DNA of 32,573 nt from Planctomycetota bacterium (GCA_038213805.1 JBBQSO010000062.1:1-32573); one strand, 5' to 3'; shown: positions 8,931-19,900, counted from the first letter of the stretch. A program made the numbers and translations. Notes: generated by a model from the sequence alone, not told the origin.

Positions 8931-9124
8931 CAGTCAGGGTTGCGAGGCGGCGGCGCGCCCTCGGGTGGTGTCAGCGGCAGGTCCCGATGACCGGATTCCC
9001 GTGGTCATCTGGTTGCGATCAGGCTTGGGCTGGTCCATAGTCGCAGGTACGCACCCATTGGCCTCTCACAGGCCGCGAACTGGCCCGTTGACGACAAGAC
9101 CGCTCTTCCCCACCTGGAACGCCC

Positions 9125-9847
9125 ATGCCCGCCATCCTCGCGGTCCTGCTCGCGCTGTTTGGCGCCATCACTCTTGCCACGGCCGCAGATGAACTTCCCA
9201 AGGTGGCGCGCGACCAGCTTGATAATTCAGGGCCCGCGCTCGCCAAGGCTTTCGGCGACTTCCGCAAGCGCCTGCTGGAGGAGAACGCCAAGCTGGTAGC
9301 CACGCTGCAGAAGGCCCTGGAGAAGGCAACCAAGGCGGGAAATTTCGATGAGGCCGTGGCCGTGAAGAAGGCCCTGGAGCAGGCCAAAAGCGGCGAGCTG
9401 ATGCGTGCGTTCATCGCCCCGGCGCTCGCGGACCCGTTCGGCGACGGCACCCTCGGTGGCGACCCCGATGGCCCTGCGGTGGTCACGCTCTCGACCGGTG
9501 ATCCGGTCGGCAGCCTGGCTGCCAACCAGCCGGCTTACAGCAACCGCGACTACCTGTTCAGCGCCGTGCCGGTAGCGTTACAGGGTTTCAGCTACGCCAA
9601 ACGCCCCTTCAAGGAGCCCGCCGCCTGCACGCTGAAGGTGATCGGTAGTGGTGTGCTGTACGTTGTCGTCGGCACGCCTACCGACGGCCTCGACCTGCCA
9701 GCGCTGGGTTTTGTCGCCACCGACATGAGCGTCAAGTGCACGACCGGCCAGCTGCCGATCGTGAAAAAGCAGGTGCGCACGGGCGAGACCATTGTCCTGC
9801 CGGCGAGCGCGGTGACGAATTCGTTCCCGATCTGGAAGGCGAAGTGA
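9125..9847 (+). CDS. Secreted hypothetical protein (helical N-domain, beta-rich C-domain)
   Basis: Signal peptide, amphipathic helical segment ALEKATKAGNFDEAVAVK, host-like codon usage. Confidence 0.75.
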   Translation: MPAILAVLLALFGAITLATAADELPKVARDQLDNSGPALAKAFGDFRKRLLEENAKLVATLQKALEKATKAGNFDEAVAVKKALEQAKSGELMRAFIAPALADPFGDGTLGGDPDGPAVVTLSTGDPVGSLAANQPAYSNRDYLFSAVPVALQGFSYAKRPFKEPAACTLKVIGSGVLYVVVGTPTDGLDLPALGFVATDMSVKCTTGQLPIVKKQVRTGETIVLPASAVTNSFPIWKAK

Positions 9848-10043
9848 TCTGTCCGCAGAGGCATGGCCATCGGCTGGTGGTGAGCGTATAAAGGCTCGTC
9901 TGACGCCGCTCAGGCGTTTATAGCCGTGCTCAGGAGGTGTGGGTCTTGGAACGGCACCTCAGGAAGGCCGGCCTCCCGCAGGGTCGCCTGCCTGATGACC
10001 TCCTTCTGATTTGCCGCCCCACCGCCATCCCCATACTCGCGCC

Positions 10044-10688
10044 ATGTCCGTGGTCCTCTTCATCGACCTGTGGCCTGAAGTCGCCAAGCCCGGCTATTGG
10101 AAGAAGCGCTTCGCCGCCGTGCCCACCGCCGCAAACAAGACGGGTTTCGCGGCGATTCCGCATCATTACAGCCGCATCGACCCGGTTCGTCTGAGTGCCA
10201 CATCGCCCGCGGGCATCATGCTCTCCGGCAGCCGCTCCAATCTCGTGGAGCATCGCAAGGTCGATACGCGTAATGGCGTCACCCTGGCTTCTTTCGCCGC
10301 GCTGACCGAGCTGCTCGCGCGTCTGCCGCAGGTGCCGGTGCTCGGCATCTGCTTCGGCATGCAGTATCTGACGGTCGCGGCGGGCGGCGCGCTCGTGCGC
10401 CTGCCGGCCAATCGCAAGGACCCGATCTGGCCGATCGAAATAGTGGGCGACGATCCGCTGTTCGCGGGCATCCCGAAGCCGCGCTGCGTCGAGAACCACT
10501 CGTGGCAGGTCGCGCGCCCGGCGCCCGGCTATCGGGTGATCGCGCGCTCCAGCGACGGCATCGAAGGCATCCGCCATGAGCGGCTGCCGCGCGCCGGCGT
10601 GCAGTTTCATCCGGAATACCATCGCCAGCCGGGCGCCACCGCGCACGGCGAGCGGCTGCTGGTGAACTGGCTCGGCAGCCTGGCGTGA
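10044..10688 (+). CDS. Class I glutamine amidotransferase-like protein (stand-alone)
   Basis: LSGS oxyanion strand, nucleophile elbow PVLGICFGMQ, and GVQFHPE, giving a Cys-His-Glu triad. ATG 10044 is preferred over TTG 10011. Confidence 0.9.
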   Translation: MSVVLFIDLWPEVAKPGYWKKRFAAVPTAANKTGFAAIPHHYSRIDPVRLSATSPAGIMLSGSRSNLVEHRKVDTRNGVTLASFAALTELLARLPQVPVLGICFGMQYLTVAAGGALVRLPANRKDPIWPIEIVGDDPLFAGIPKPRCVENHSWQVARPAPGYRVIARSSDGIEGIRHERLPRAGVQFHPEYHRQPGATAHGERLLVNWLGSLA

Positions 10689-10710
10689 ATCGCGCTGGCC
10701 GCGCGTTCGC

Positions 10711-11517
10711 TCAGACTTCCGTGCTCCATACTTCGAAATGCAGCAGTTCGGTCGGCCCATAAGAGGTGGTCAGGGCTGTGTCCGCAGCGTCCCGCCCATA
10801 CGCCATAACCACGCGACCGATGCGCGGCAGATTGTGGCGGGCATCGAAGGTGAACCAGGTGCCGGAGAGATAGACCTCGAACCAGGCGGAGAAATCCATC
10901 GGCGACGGATCGGCAGGCACGCCGATATCGCCGAGGTAGCCAGTCGCGTAGCGCGCGGGGATGCCGAGACAGCGGCACAGCGTGATCGCGAGGTGGGCGA
11001 AATCGCGGCACACGCCCTGGCGTTCGTTGAACACCTCGAAGGCGGTCTTGGTCGCGCGCGCGAAGGCGTAGCCGAAGGTGATGTGTTGGTGGACGAAATC
11101 GCAGACCGCCTGCACGCGCAGGTAGCCGGTCGGACCCTTGCCGAAGCGCTGCCACGCGAACTCGCCAAGGCGGTCGATCTCGCAGTAGCGAGAGGCGACC
11201 AGAAAGCCGAGAGTGCCGATCGGCAGGGTGTCGATGGGATGCTGCACCGCCTGCCACTGCACGGGGTCGGGAAGACCGGTGACCGCGACCACGCCATCGC
11301 TGCTGATCTCAAACACGCCGGCCGGGGCGACTAGGCGGCGCGCGGCATTCCCAAAGAGGTCGGTATAGCCGTCGCCTGGCGCCACGGGCGGGGGCGAATA
11401 GGTGAGGGTTTCCGGGCGCGGGAACTGGTAGCGTCCGGGATAAACCTGGAGCAGCAGCAGCATCGGGGTCGGCGCCGGGATGGCGAAGCGCAGGCGGAAG
11501 CCGATGTGGATGTGCAT
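10711..11517 (-). CDS. Transglutaminase-like family protein (268 aa)
   Basis: GVCRDFAH, IPARYATGYLGD, DFSAWFEVY, FDAR, GRDAAD. Likely start is MHIHIG at 11517. Confidence 0.9.
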   Translation of the reverse strand: MHIHIGFRLRFAIPAPTPMLLLLQVYPGRYQFPRPETLTYSPPPVAPGDGYTDLFGNAARRLVAPAGVFEISSDGVVAVTGLPDPVQWQAVQHPIDTLPIGTLGFLVASRYCEIDRLGEFAWQRFGKGPTGYLRVQAVCDFVHQHITFGYAFARATKTAFEVFNERQGVCRDFAHLAITLCRCLGIPARYATGYLGDIGVPADPSPMDFSAWFEVYLSGTWFTFDARHNLPRIGRVVMAYGRDAADTALTTSYGPTELLHFEVWSTEV

Positions 11518-11908
11518 GACGGGGTTCCTGGCCGCGCGCGGAGTGCCGCGAGGGATCCTTGACCGTGGGAGCGAGCGGCGGATAGATAGGGTGGTTCTGT
11601 GCAGCGGTCTGCTTTTTCCTGCCATCTGCCCACTAGCGGCCGGTGATACGCCAACCTGGTGTGTGCGCCCTCTGATGCTCACAAATGCGAACGAGGCCCG
11701 TTGCCTCTCGTCATATCGACCCAAGCGCTTGCTTCGACTCCGGTAACGTCGGCCGGGCATGCCCATCACCATGTCGACGGCGAAGGATGCCCTGGTGCCG
11801 TTTTCCAAACCCCTCCTGAGAGCCTCCCCGATGCTGGCATCGACCTCCCCGACCCCCACCGCCATCTTCGGGTGTGGATTGTCCGCGACCCTGATGCGGG
11901 CACCGGGC

Positions 11909-14263
11909 ATGCGCACGTGCTCCCTCGTGATGCTGCTGAGCTTGAGCACCCTCGCCGCGCACGCGGCGGACCTGGTCATCGCCGATGCGGGTGCAACCAT
12001 CACGACCGTCGTGGTCTCGCCCCACGCCGGCCCGTGGGAGAAGCGCGCCGCCGAGGACCTGGTCCGCTGCATCGCGTTGATGACCGGCGCCAAGCCGGCA
12101 CTGGCCGACGCTGCGGGCGGGTCCGGTCCGGCCATCCTGGTCGGCGCCGCCGCGCTGGAGGCCGAACCGTCGCTGCGCCAGGCTCTCGCACGCGTGGCGA
12201 AGCCAGCGCCCCTGCTGCGCGCCGACGCCATCGTCCAGCGTCGGGTCGGCGAGCGCGTCTACCTCGCGGGCAGCAACGACGAGTCGCATTACTTCGCGGT
12301 CGCGCGCCTGCTGCAGTCGTGGGGTTGCCGGTGGTACCTGCCGTCGGCCCTTGGCGAGTGCATCCCCGAGACCCCGCGCCTGACCATCGGCGATCTTGAT
12401 CTCGCCTACGCGCCGCCCTTCGAGATCCGCCACTACTGGCTGAGCTGGAACGCCGACGCCACCGGCGCGGACGATTTCCGGCGCCGCAACTTCATGACCG
12501 AGACCAGCATGGCCGGCATGGGCCATGCCCTGGGCCAGTACACCACCGCGCTGATCCCCGCGGGTAAGACGCCTTTCGACGTGCCGCTTGCTGACGAAGC
12601 CACCGCACAGGAGGTGGCGCGCAAGATCGAGCCCGAGTACGCCAAGGGCGTGCCCGGCATCTCGCTCGCTATCGAGGACGGCAACTATCGCGGCGAGTCG
12701 CCGCGCGACCATGAGCTCGCGGCCGGCCTTGACGACAAGTTCGCGCTGCAGCCGTCGCGCACCGACGCGATGATGGCGCTTTACAACAACGTCGCGCGCC
12801 TGCTGCGCGCCCGCCACCCGGAAAGCCCGACACGCATCGGCGGCATGGCCTACGCGAACGTCACCATTCCGCCGCAGCAGGTGACCGCGGTCGAGCCGAA
12901 CCTGGTGATGTGGCTGGCGCCGATCGACATCGATCCCAACCACGGCATGGACGACCCCGAATCGCCGCCGGCCGGCGAGTACAAGGCGATGCTCTACCGC
13001 TGGGCGAAGCTCACCGCCGGACGGCTCGCGATCTACGATTACGACCAGGGGCAGCTGGTGTGGCGCGACCTGCCCGATCCCTCGCACGCGGTCTTCGCCG
13101 CCGACGTCAAGCACTACCGCGCGGCGGGGATCCTCGGTATCGGAACCGAAAGCCGCGGCGCCACCGCCACCACCTTCCTGAATCTGTACTTCCGCGGCCA
13201 GCTGATGTGGGATCCAGACGCCGACGTCGCGGCGTTGCTCGCCGCGTTCTACCCGGCGTTCTACGGGCCGGCGGCGGCGCCGATGGCGGACTACTGGGGC
13301 GCGATCTACGCCGCCTGGCAGGGGACCTTGGTCACCGAGCATGAGTGCTTCGCCGCCCCGGCGATCTACACCCCGGAACTGGTGGCGGCGCTGCGCGCGC
13401 ATCTCGCGCGCGCCGAGGTGGCGCTCGCGCCGCTGCGCGCCGCGGCGGCGCCCACGCGCAACCAGAAGCTGTACCTCGAGCGCCTGCGCTCCACCGCGCT
13501 CGGCTTCGCGGTGATTGAGGGCTACGTCGAGATGACTGCTGCGGCCTCTGCCCGCTGCGAGTACGCGGCCGCGGTTGCCGCCGGCGATCGCGCCCTGGCG
13601 GCGCGCGAGCGGCTGACCGCGCTCGAGCCGACGGCCACCACCTACAAGGCGATCGGCGAGAGCGGCCCGGCGTGGTGGCCAGGCGAGGTGCAGTATCTGC
13701 GCGAACTCTCGCAGCGCTGCGACGGCACCACCGGCACCTTCATTTCCGCGCTGCCGCTGGCGTGGGCCTTCCGCCGGGATCCCCACGACACCGGGCTGGC
13801 GCGCGGCTGGTACGCCGAGGCCGCCGACCTCGGCGCCTGGAACGCGCGCGGGAGCGCTCTGGACGCCGCGGCGCGCAAGGACTGGCCGGACGCCTGGGAG
13901 ATGGTGCGCAGCGACCTGTACCTGCAGGCCCAGGGGATCCGCCACCCCGACCGCCAGAGCTACACCGGTCATTACTGGTACCAGACCACCATCACCCTGG
14001 GCGCGGACCAGGTCGCGGGCGACGTCCACCTGATGTTCCCGGGGCTGTTCAACGAGTGCTGGCTCTACCTCGACGACAAGCTGGTCGCGCACCGGCCGTT
14101 CCCGGAGCCGTGGTGGCGCAACGACTACACCTTTGCCTGGGATGTCGACCTCAAGGATGCGGTGAAGCCCGGCCCGCACCGCATCACGCTGCGCGGGCTC
14201 TGCCCGCTGCACTTCGGCGGCATGTTCCGACGTCCCTTCCTCTACCGTGCGGCGGTGAAATGA
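11909..14263 (+). CDS. Secreted DUF4838-like protein with a C-terminal GH2-type sugar-binding-like domain
   Basis: Signal peptide from MRTCSLV, N-terminal LAG...AVARLLQSWGCRWYLP segment, QLMWDPDADV...FY..FYGPAA motif, and C-terminal GHYWYQTTI...LMFPG...LYLDD. Confidence 0.75.
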   Translation: MRTCSLVMLLSLSTLAAHAADLVIADAGATITTVVVSPHAGPWEKRAAEDLVRCIALMTGAKPALADAAGGSGPAILVGAAALEAEPSLRQALARVAKPAPLLRADAIVQRRVGERVYLAGSNDESHYFAVARLLQSWGCRWYLPSALGECIPETPRLTIGDLDLAYAPPFEIRHYWLSWNADATGADDFRRRNFMTETSMAGMGHALGQYTTALIPAGKTPFDVPLADEATAQEVARKIEPEYAKGVPGISLAIEDGNYRGESPRDHELAAGLDDKFALQPSRTDAMMALYNNVARLLRARHPESPTRIGGMAYANVTIPPQQVTAVEPNLVMWLAPIDIDPNHGMDDPESPPAGEYKAMLYRWAKLTAGRLAIYDYDQGQLVWRDLPDPSHAVFAADVKHYRAAGILGIGTESRGATATTFLNLYFRGQLMWDPDADVAALLAAFYPAFYGPAAAPMADYWGAIYAAWQGTLVTEHECFAAPAIYTPELVAALRAHLARAEVALAPLRAAAAPTRNQKLYLERLRSTALGFAVIEGYVEMTAAASARCEYAAAVAAGDRALAARERLTALEPTATTYKAIGESGPAWWPGEVQYLRELSQRCDGTTGTFISALPLAWAFRRDPHDTGLARGWYAEAADLGAWNARGSALDAAARKDWPDAWEMVRSDLYLQAQGIRHPDRQSYTGHYWYQTTITLGADQVAGDVHLMFPGLFNECWLYLDDKLVAHRPFPEPWWRNDYTFAWDVDLKDAVKPGPHRITLRGLCPLHFGGMFRRPFLYRAAVK

Positions 14264-16740
14264 ATTCCAAGCCCCCTGTTCGCGGGCTGCTGTTCATGTG
14301 GTTGGCGCTGGTCACGGCGGCCGACGCCGCGGAGCCCGTCGCCTTGGCGAGCGGCGGTCGCGCGCTGCTGCCGGTGGTCATCAGCGCAGGCGCAACCGCT
14401 GCGACCCGCGCGGTTGCAGAGGAACTGGCGGCCTTCCTGGGGCGCATCGGCGGCGCCACCTTCGCCATCGAATCCGGCGACGGCAGCCACGGCATCGTGC
14501 TCGGCACCCTGGCCGAGTTCCCCGATCCCGCGCTCGAAAAGCCCCTGGCGCTGCACGGCGCCGACGGCCGCGAGGCCTACGCCATCCGCAGCGCGCCGGG
14601 GCGCCTGCGGCTGATCGGGGCGACCGCGCTGGGCGCCAGCCACGCCGCCTACCGGCTGCTCGAGGAGCTCGGCTGCCGCTGGTTCTTCCCCGCCCCGGAA
14701 TGGGAGGTGGTGCCGCATGCGCAGGCCCTGACCTTCGCCCGCGACCTCGACGACCGTCCGGCGATCCTGGCGCGCGCCATGTGGTGCGAGGCCGGCTCGG
14801 GGGGGGCGCAGCAGGACGCCGACTACGTCGCGTGGCGCCGCCGCAACCGCCAAGCGGAATCCTTCACGGTCAATGCCGGACACAACCTCGACGAAGTGAT
14901 CCGCCGCAACCAGGCCGCGTTCGACCAGCATCCCGAATGGCTGGCGCTGGTCGACGGCAAGCGCCAGGGACCGCAGCTTGAACTCGCCGAACCCGCGGTG
15001 CGCAAGCTGGTGGTCGATTATGCGCTCGACTATTTCCGTGAACATCCCGACGCCGACATGGTCTCGCTGGAGCCTGCCGACAACACCGCCCATTCGCAGA
15101 GCCCGGCCTCGCTCGCCCTCGGCAGCGTCAGCGACCGCGTCTTCGACATGGCCAACGAGGCGGCGCGCGCGGTCCGCCAGCGCTACCCCGACAAGATGGT
15201 GGGTCTGTATTCGTACAACGCCCATTGGGATCCGCCGGCGCGGCCGCTTGAAGCGAATGTGCATGTGCTGCTCGCCGCGCTCGGCCAGGGCGAACGCACC
15301 GCGGCGGAGCGCGACGCGCTGTGGCCGCAGCGCTGCCGCAACCTCGGGTTCTATGAGTATTTCTCGGTGTGGTTATGGAATTACGACCGCCTGCCCGGAA
15401 GCTGGACCAACGACTGCCGCGGCACCCAGACGCGCATGCGCGCCATCGTCGCGGCGGGCGGGACATCGATCAGCGCCGAAAGCACCGCCAGCTGGGGCGT
15501 CAACGGCCGCGGCTACTACATTGCCAACCGCCTGATGTGGAATCCCGAGGCGGACGTGGCTGCGCTGCTCGACGATTTCTACGCGCGCTCCTTCGGCCCG
15601 GGCGCGGCGGCGATGCGCCGCTACTTCGAGCGGCTCGATCCTGGCGCGCATCCGTTCCTCAGCCGCCACCTGCTCGGACTCGCCTTCCGCGACGTCGCGG
15701 TGGCGGCCGCGGCGGCCAGCGACCGGCCCGACGTCCAGGCGCGTCTCGACCAGCTCAAGCGCTACCTGCGCTACGTGCACCTGGACTGGATGCGCAACCG
15801 CGAGGGGGGCAGCGAGGCGGACAAGGCGAAGCTCTCGACCGCGATCATGACCCAGCTCTACCGCATGCGTGCCAGCGCCTTCGTCTCCTGGGAGATGATT
15901 CGCCAGAACTGGGGCGCCAACCAGCAGCCCGGCCGGGACCACGCCGACTGGATGGTCGACCGCCCGTGGACGCACGACGAGACGGAGACGGACTTCCAGG
16001 CTGGCATCGCCTATTTCCAGCCGCGCGATATCGGTGCGGCGGTGGCCTTCTCGGACACGCTGGTGCCGGTGCGCTGGCTCGGCCTGCCGTCCGCGACGGC
16101 ACAGATCCGCAGTCAGCAGACTTACCAGGGCTCGCAAGTCTACGCGCTGTGGAGCACGACCGGCGAGGCGTTGGAGTTCGACACCTGGGCCGGCGATGCC
16201 TGGCACGGCATCAACCGCTTCGTGGTGAACGATGCCGACCACCACGAGATCGCCAAGGGCCGGCTGCCCAACAAGGAAATCACCCACCACCACATCGTCG
16301 TGCCCCATCCCGGACTCTACTACCTGGACTACGACGACCACGGCTCGTGGTGGTCGATGACGGTCGCTCCCGGGCTGGCTGCGACCATCCCGCTCGGCAG
16401 CACGCGCGACTACCGCAACACCCAGGTCATGCAGGACATGTACATCTACGTGCCCAAGGGCACCCGTCAGATCGAGTATTATTACACGCGCACCGCCTAC
16501 CACCCGGGCGGACCGCACCAGGTCATCAATCCCGAAGGGGCGGTTGCCAAGGCAGTCGACGTGAATGGTGACTGGGTGACGGTACCGGTCCCGGCGGGCA
16601 TGGATGGCCGGTTGTGGCGGCTGCACGAGCCGGTGCTTGGCCTGTTCTGGTTCAACAACCTGCCCAACGTCATGGCCGCTTCGCCGCAGGCGCTGCTCCT
16701 GCCGCGCGAGCTGGTCGAACGGGATGGACTGCCGCACTGA
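14260..16740 (+). CDS. Secreted DUF4838-like protein (826 aa), paralog of the upstream gene
   Basis: ATGA overlap with the upstream stop, signal peptide, AYRLLEELGCRWFFP, HPEWLALVDGKR, RLMWNPEADV..LLDDFY..SFGPGA. Confidence 0.8.
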   Translation: MNSKPPVRGLLFMWLALVTAADAAEPVALASGGRALLPVVISAGATAATRAVAEELAAFLGRIGGATFAIESGDGSHGIVLGTLAEFPDPALEKPLALHGADGREAYAIRSAPGRLRLIGATALGASHAAYRLLEELGCRWFFPAPEWEVVPHAQALTFARDLDDRPAILARAMWCEAGSGGAQQDADYVAWRRRNRQAESFTVNAGHNLDEVIRRNQAAFDQHPEWLALVDGKRQGPQLELAEPAVRKLVVDYALDYFREHPDADMVSLEPADNTAHSQSPASLALGSVSDRVFDMANEAARAVRQRYPDKMVGLYSYNAHWDPPARPLEANVHVLLAALGQGERTAAERDALWPQRCRNLGFYEYFSVWLWNYDRLPGSWTNDCRGTQTRMRAIVAAGGTSISAESTASWGVNGRGYYIANRLMWNPEADVAALLDDFYARSFGPGAAAMRRYFERLDPGAHPFLSRHLLGLAFRDVAVAAAAASDRPDVQARLDQLKRYLRYVHLDWMRNREGGSEADKAKLSTAIMTQLYRMRASAFVSWEMIRQNWGANQQPGRDHADWMVDRPWTHDETETDFQAGIAYFQPRDIGAAVAFSDTLVPVRWLGLPSATAQIRSQQTYQGSQVYALWSTTGEALEFDTWAGDAWHGINRFVVNDADHHEIAKGRLPNKEITHHHIVVPHPGLYYLDYDDHGSWWSMTVAPGLAATIPLGSTRDYRNTQVMQDMYIYVPKGTRQIEYYYTRTAYHPGGPHQVINPEGAVAKAVDVNGDWVTVPVPAGMDGRLWRLHEPVLGLFWFNNLPNVMAASPQALLLPRELVERDGLPH

Positions 16741-16840
16741 CCGGCGGAGGGGGCTGCGGTCTCCAGTCTCGCACGTGAAGGGTCCCGCACCTGCTTGCGA
16801 CGCCCCGCCACCAACGGCTGGCATCCTGGGTCCGGGAGGT

Positions 16841-16915
16841 GATGCTTGCGCCGGACCGCCGTCCTGGGCCCCAGCACTGGGGCATGCACGGCGGTCGCAT
16901 CCGGGCGCAAGCGTC
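16841..16915. repeat. Long nested hairpin / REP-like element, copy A
   Basis: Paired arms GATGCTTGCGCC/GGCGCAAGCGTC, GACCGCCGT/ACGGCGGTC and GCCCCAG/CTGGGGC. Confidence 0.75.
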
Positions 16916-16944
16916 CGTAGGATCCCCACCAGCGAGCCGAGGTC

Positions 16945-19900
16945 ATGGCGATGAGCGACCAGTCCGATCCCAAGCTGCCCACCCCGCCGGTCCCGCAGGT
17001 GCCGCCCAGCGACCATGCGGCGACCATGGCGACCAATTTCCTCAAGCCGGCGGCCGCCCCCATGCCGCCCGCGGACGCACAGGATCTGCAGGCCACCCTG
17101 CCGGTGGCTGACTTCGGCAAGGGTTCGCTGCCCATCCCAGGCGAGCGGCGTGGCGAAGAGGGCCGCGGCACCGCCGAGACGCGCTTCCCGGGCGCTGTCG
17201 CGGACGATCCGCGCGTGACCATGGGGACTCGTCCACCGACCGAGGCGGTGCGGCGCGCGCCGGCGGGTCCGCCGTTGACTCCTGCGGAGGCGCAGGACCT
17301 CATGGAGACCCAGATGACGCGTCCGCCGACCGAGGCGGTGCGGGGTGCCCCACCGGGGGCGCCGCCCACGCCTCCGGTGCCTCATGCGGACGCGCACGAT
17401 CTGATGGCCACGCAGATGACGCGTCCGCCCACCGAGGCGGTGCGGCGCGCGCCTCCAGCCCCGACCGCGCCACCCGCGGATGCGCACGACCTGATGCAGA
17501 CGCAGATGACCCGGCCGCCGACCGAGGCAGTGCGGCGCACTCCGCCCGCTCCCCAGCCGGACGCACAGGATTTGATGGCGACGCAGACCACGCGTCCACC
17601 GACCGAAGCGGTGCGCCGCGCCCCTCCGCAACCGGATGCGCAGGACCTGATCGCGACCCAGGGCACACGTCCGCCGACCGCGGTGGTCACCAAGGGCGAG
17701 ACCAAGATGGCGACGACGGTCGTCGCCAAGCCGGCGCCGGGCGTGATCGCGCCGCCCCCGACCGGCCAGCGCATGCCGACCCTCGACCCCAACGAGACGG
17801 TGATGACCGACCTGCACATCGCGGGGGCGGCGGCCAAAGCGGCGAGCGGAGACACCCAGGATCGCGCGGCGACCGCCGCTGGTACCGCCTGGGATGAACG
17901 CAACACGGCGGCGGCAACGCGCATCGCCTCGAATTTTGCGCCAGCCAAGCCGGGCCCGCAGGCCACCCCGGTGGAAAAAGACCGCACCTTTGCGGCCAAC
18001 TTCGGCACATCCAGCACGCCCGCATCGCAGCTCGCCGACACCGTGGTGACTGCGCGCGGCGTGAACCCGGGCACCACGCCATCAGCCTCTGGCAGCGCCA
18101 TGGGCACCGGCGCGCCGTCGACCCAGGCGTTGACGCGCTCGGGCAGTTTCACGCGCACCAACCTACGCACGCGCATCAACACCCGTCTGCCCGCCGACAC
18201 CCAGCAGCTTGACGCCAAGCTGCAGCTGTCGCGCGGTTCGGTGCTGGCCGACATGGTCACCGCGCGCATCGCGCGTGGTGACAGCAGCGCGGTGCCGCCG
18301 GGACTCACCCGGCGCATCGCCGAGCAGGGCACCGAAGCGCGCTACGCGATCGACAAGCCGCTTGCCGCTGGTGGCATGGGCGCGGTCCTCGCGATCGAGG
18401 ATCACGACTTCCACCGCGCCGCCGCGATGAAGGTCATCCATGCCAAGTTCACCGCCAACCCCGAGGCCCTCGAACGCTTCCTCGCCGAGGCCCAGGTCAC
18501 CGCCCAGCTCGAACACCCCAACATCGTGCCGATCCACGATCTCGGCGTGATGGAGGACGGCACCCTCTACTTCACCATGAAGCTGATCGAGGGCCAGAGC
18601 CTGGGCACGGTGATCAAGACCCTCAAGGCCGGGGAGCCCGCTGCGCTCAAGCGCTGGACCATCGAAGAGAAGATCCTGACCTTCCTCAAGGTGCTGGACG
18701 GCGTCGGCTTCGCCAACGCCAAGGGCGTGGTCCACCGCGACATCAAGCCCGACAACATCATGCTCGGCCTGCACGGCGAGGTGCTGGTCGTCGACTGGGG
18801 CATCGCCAAGGTCATCGGCCAGGCCGATGGCGGCAGCGTCAAGTCGGGCAAGCGCGAAGTGGCCTCGGTGCGCGACCAGGACGGCCTGTCCATGACCATG
18901 GAAGGCGCGGCCATGGGCACCATCTTCTACATGCCGCCAGAGCAGGCCGCCGGCCGCCTCGACGAGATCGACGCGCGCTCGGACGTCTACGCGCTCGGCG
19001 CCACGCTCTACGAACTGCTGTCGCTCAAGCGCACCCTCGAGGGCAACAGCCTGCCCGACCTGATCGGCAAGATCACCACCGGCAACACCATCGGCCTCGA
19101 CAAGGCCATGCCCACGCTGCATCCCGACCTGATCGCGGTGGTGCACCGTTCCATGGCGCTGGACCGCGCCAACCGCTATGCGACCTGCGCCGATTTTGCC
19201 GATGACCTGCGCCGCTACCTGGCCGGGCGGGCGGTGCTGGCGCGTACGCGCAACCTGATCGAGCGCATCGGCATGTGGTACCAGGCGCACCGCCTGCAGG
19301 TGAACATCGGCGCGGGTGCGGTGGCGCTGGTCGCGGTCGCGGTTGTCGGCACCACCTGGGTCATCCGCGGCGAGAACCGTGCGCGCGCGGCCGAGCAATT
19401 CGCGGCCGCCCAGCGGCTCTACGACCAGGCGAAGCCGACCCTCGCCGAGACCGGTCTGAAAGAGGCGAAGCATGACATCACCGGCGCCCTTGAGCTGGCG
19501 CGCGGCGACGCCCTGATGCAGGCGCTCGATGCAAGCATCGACAGCGCGCTTGAGCAGGTCGAGGTGCAGAAGAAGAAGGACGCGCAGGAGCGGGCCAACA
19601 GTGAGAACGCCGCGAAGCTGCTGGTGGAGGCCAAGCACCAGAAGTCGCTGAACAATCTCAAGGAGGCCAAGGCGCAGATCGATGCCGCCTTCCAGCTCAC
19701 GCCCAAGAACGCGGAGATCGACAACTTCAGGACCGACCTGCAGAACCTGCTCAGCAACGAGATCAAACGCGAGAACCGCGAAGCGGCCCAAGGCCATTTC
19801 AATGAGGGAGCCAGCCTGCTCGCCGAGGCCCGCAAGCTGCCACTCACCGATCCCAGCCTGGTGCCGCGCATCCAGAAGGCCGAAGCCGCATTCACACTAT

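Noticed and set aside
9885..9925. Integron attC-like hairpin
   Set aside because: It lacks proper RYYYAAC/GTTRRRY boxes, and there is no integron integrase or repeated site.
11518..12231. N-terminal extension of the transglutaminase ORF (506 aa)
   Set aside because: It overlaps the divergent DUF4838 gene and is low-complexity. Family similarity starts at 11517.
11711..14212. 833-aa minus-strand ORF, and similar long ORFs at 15373-17817, 18163-19797 and 29413-31074
   Set aside because: Antisense to well-supported genes. Such ORFs are expected in high-GC DNA with strong codon bias.
13672..14259. N-terminal extension of the second DUF4838 ORF in the track
   Set aside because: It overlaps the upstream gene. 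ATG 14260 gives an ATGA coupling and a signal peptide.
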